Origin: Mobula hypostoma
Taxonomy: Eukaryota
Reading direction: 5' to 3'
Assembly: GCF_963921235.1 (NCBI RefSeq)
Contig: NC_086108.1
Location: forward strand, 117,058,001 to 117,122,000
Length of the DNA: 64,000 nt
Every line of letters starts with the position of its first letter. The stretch's first letter is position 1. The position numbers were made by a program, and so were the translations under genes. This document shows positions 61,201 through 64,000 of the stretch, piece by piece. Below the pieces are notes generated by a model that saw only the letters and a program-made list of their open reading frames with translations, searched no databases and was not told where the DNA came from.

Positions 61201-64000
61201 TCCCGTTTCCACCATCACCCCAGTCCTCACCCTCACTGTCCCCTTCCTACACTCACCCCAGTCCTCACCCTCACTGTCCCGTTTCCACTATCACCCCAGT
61301 CCTCACCCTCACCGTCCCGTTCCCACACTCACCCCAGTCCTCGCCCTCACCGTCCCATTCCCACACACACCCCAGTCCTGACCATCACTGTCCCGTTCCC
61401 ACACTCACCCCCGTCCTCACCCTCACTGTCCCGTTCCCACACTCACCCCCGTCCTCACCCTCACAGTCCCGTTCCCACACTCACCCAAGTCCTCAACCTC
61501 ACAGTCCTGTTCCCACACTCACCCCCGTCCTCACCCTCACTGTCCCGTTCCCACACTCACCCCCGTCCTCACCCTCACAGTCCCGTTCCCACACTCACCC
61601 AAGTCCTCACCCTCACCGTCCAGTTCCCACACACACAGCAGTGCTCACCCTCACGGACCGTTCCCACACTCACCCTGGTCCTCACCTTCACTGTCCTGTT
61701 CCCACACTCACCCCAGTCCTAATCCTCACTGTCCCGTTGCCACACGCAACCACTCCTCGCCCTCGCTGTCCTGTTACCACACTCACCCCAGTCCTCACCC
61801 TCACAGTACCGTTCCCACACCAACCACTCCTCACCCTCACTGTCCTGTTTCCACAATCACGCTAGTCCTCACCCTCACCGTCCCGTTCCCACACACACCC
61901 CAGTCCTCACCCTCACTGTCCCGTTCCCACACTCACCCCTGTCCTCACCCTCACCGTCCCGTTGCCACACTCACCCCAGTCCTCATCCTCACTGTCCCGT
62001 TCCCACACTCACCCCCGTCCTCACCCTCACCGTCCCGTTCCCACACTCACCCAAGTCCTCACCCTCACTGTCCTGTTCCCACACTCACCCCAGTCCACAG
62101 CCTCACTATCCCGTTCCAACATTCACCCCAGTCCTCACCCTCACCGTCCCTTTCCCATACTCACCCCAGTCCTCACCCTCACTGTCGCGTTCCCACACAC
62201 ACCCCAGTCCTCACCCTCACTGTCCCGTTCCCACACGCAACCACTCCTCACCCTCACCGTCCTGTTCCCACACACACAGCAGTGCTCACCCTCACGGACC
62301 GTTCCCACAGTCACCCTGGTCCTCACCTTCACTGTCCTGTTCCCACACTCACCCTCACTGTCCCTTTCCCGCACTCACCCCAGAACTCACCGTCACTGTC
62401 CCGTTGCCACGCGCAACCACTCCTCGCCCTCGCTGTCCTGTTACCACACTCACCCCAGTCCTCACCCTCACAGTCCCGTTCCCACACCAACCACTCCTCA
62501 CCCTCACTGTCCCGTTTCCACAATCACCCTAGTCCTCACCCTCACCGTCCCGTTCCCACACACACCCCAGTCCTCACCCTCACCGTCCCGTTCCCACACA
62601 CACCCCAGTCCTCACCCTCACTGTCCCGTTCCCACACTCACCCCTGTCCTCACCCTCACCGTCCCGTTGCCACACTCACCCCAGTCCTGACCCTCGCTGT
62701 CCCGTTCCCACACTCACCCCCGTCCTCACCCTCGCCGTCCCGTTCCCACACTCACCCAAGTCCTCACCCTCACTGTCCCTTTCCCATACTCACCCCAGTC
62801 CTCACCCTCACTGTCGCGTTCCCACACACACCCCAGTCCTCACCCTCACTGTCCCGTTCCCACACCAACCACTCCTCACCCTCACTGTCCTGTTCCCACA
62901 CTCACCCCAGTCCACAGCCTCACTATCCCGTTCCAACACTCACCCCAGTCCTCACCCTCACCGTCCCGTTCCCACGCTCACCCCAGTCCTCACCCTCACC
63001 GTCCCGTTCCCACGCTCACCCCAGTCCTCACCCTCACCGTCCCGTTCCCATGCTCACCCCAGTCCTCACCCTCACTGTCCCGTTCTCACACTCACCCTAG
63101 TCTTCACCCTCACCGTCCCATTCCCACACTCACCCAAGTCCCCACCCTCGCTGTCCCGTTCCCATACTCACCCCAGTCCTCACCCTCAACGTCCCGTTCC
63201 CACACTCACCCCGGTCCTCACTCTCACCGTCCCGTTCCCACACTCACCCCAGTTCTTACACTCACCGTCCCGTTCCCAAACTCAACCCAGTCCTCATTCT
63301 CACTGTCCCGTTCCCACAAACCTACCCCAGTCCTCACCCTCACAGTCCCGTTCCCACACTCACGCCAGTTCTCACACCCACTGCCCCGTTCCCACACTCA
63401 CCCCAGTTCTTACCCTCACCGTCCCGTTCCCACACTCACCCCAATCCTCACACTCACCATCCCGTTTCCACCATCACCCCAGTCCTCACCCTCACTGTCC
63501 CATTCCGACACGCACCGCAGTCCTCTCCATCACTGTCCTCCTGTTCCCACACCCACCCCAGTCCTCACCCTCACCGTCCCGTTCCCACACTCCCCCCAGT
63601 CCTCACCCTCACCGACCCTCATCCCAGTCATTACCCTCGCTGTCCCGTTCCCCACGATTACCACAGTCCTTACCCTCACCGTCCCGTTCCCATAATCACC
63701 CCAGGCCTCACCCTCACTTTCCAGTTCCCACACTCAACCCATTCCTCACCCTCGCCGTCCTGTTCCCACACACACACCAGTGCTCACCCTCAAGGTCCCG
63801 TTCCCACACTCACCCTGGTCCTCACCCTCACCGTCCCGTTCCCACACTCACCCCAGTCCTCACCCTCACCGTCCCGTTTCCACACTCACCCCAGTCCTCA
63901 CACTCACCGTCCCATTCCCACACACTCACCCCAGTCCTCATTATCACCGTCCCGTTCCCACACTCACCTCAGTCCTCACCTTCACAGTCCCGTTCCCACG
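25247..64000. repeat. Giant 38-bp minisatellite array (at least 38.7 kb, ~1,000 units, runs off the window)
   Basis: Consensus CCCCAGTCCTCACCCTCAC(T/C)GTCCCGTTCCCACACTCA, head-to-tail in one orientation with recurrent variant units; I saw no transposon interruption. Confidence 0.97.

Noticed and set aside
25247..64000. CRISPR array or telomeric repeat
   Set aside because: Units are contiguous with no unique spacers, there are no cas genes, the context is eukaryotic, and the unit is not (CCCTAA)n.

Overview
Eukaryotic genomic DNA from a vertebrate, most likely a cartilaginous fish (inferred from the repeat landscape). The only host-gene sequence is two minus-strand coding exons (8313-8526 and 7383-7545) of a clade-B fibrillar collagen N-terminal TSPN/LamG domain, closest to COL11A2; everything else appears to be intronic. 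Positions 1-25.2 kb are a dense, nested set of retroelements: several CR1 LINE copies (one near full length with an intact esterase ORF1), a Tx1/L1 remnant split by a Gypsy LTR element (CATG TSD, tRNA-Pro PBS, PNMA-like gag), three Neptune-type Penelope-like elements each carrying a minimal hammerhead ribozyme (two form a ~715-bp inverted repeat), two Rex1/Babar 3' ends and two tRNA-derived SINEs. From ~25,247 to the window end (at least 38.7 kb) lies one C-rich 38-bp minisatellite of about 1,000 units with kb-scale higher-order duplications. The many long Pro/Ser/His/Thr ORFs there, including the 3917-aa one, are artefacts of that repeat. On the collagen sense strand each consensus unit carries a canonical G-quadruplex motif and a GTGAGT 5' splice-site hexamer, which is the most unusual signal in the window. 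I found no evidence for a novel protein-coding system.
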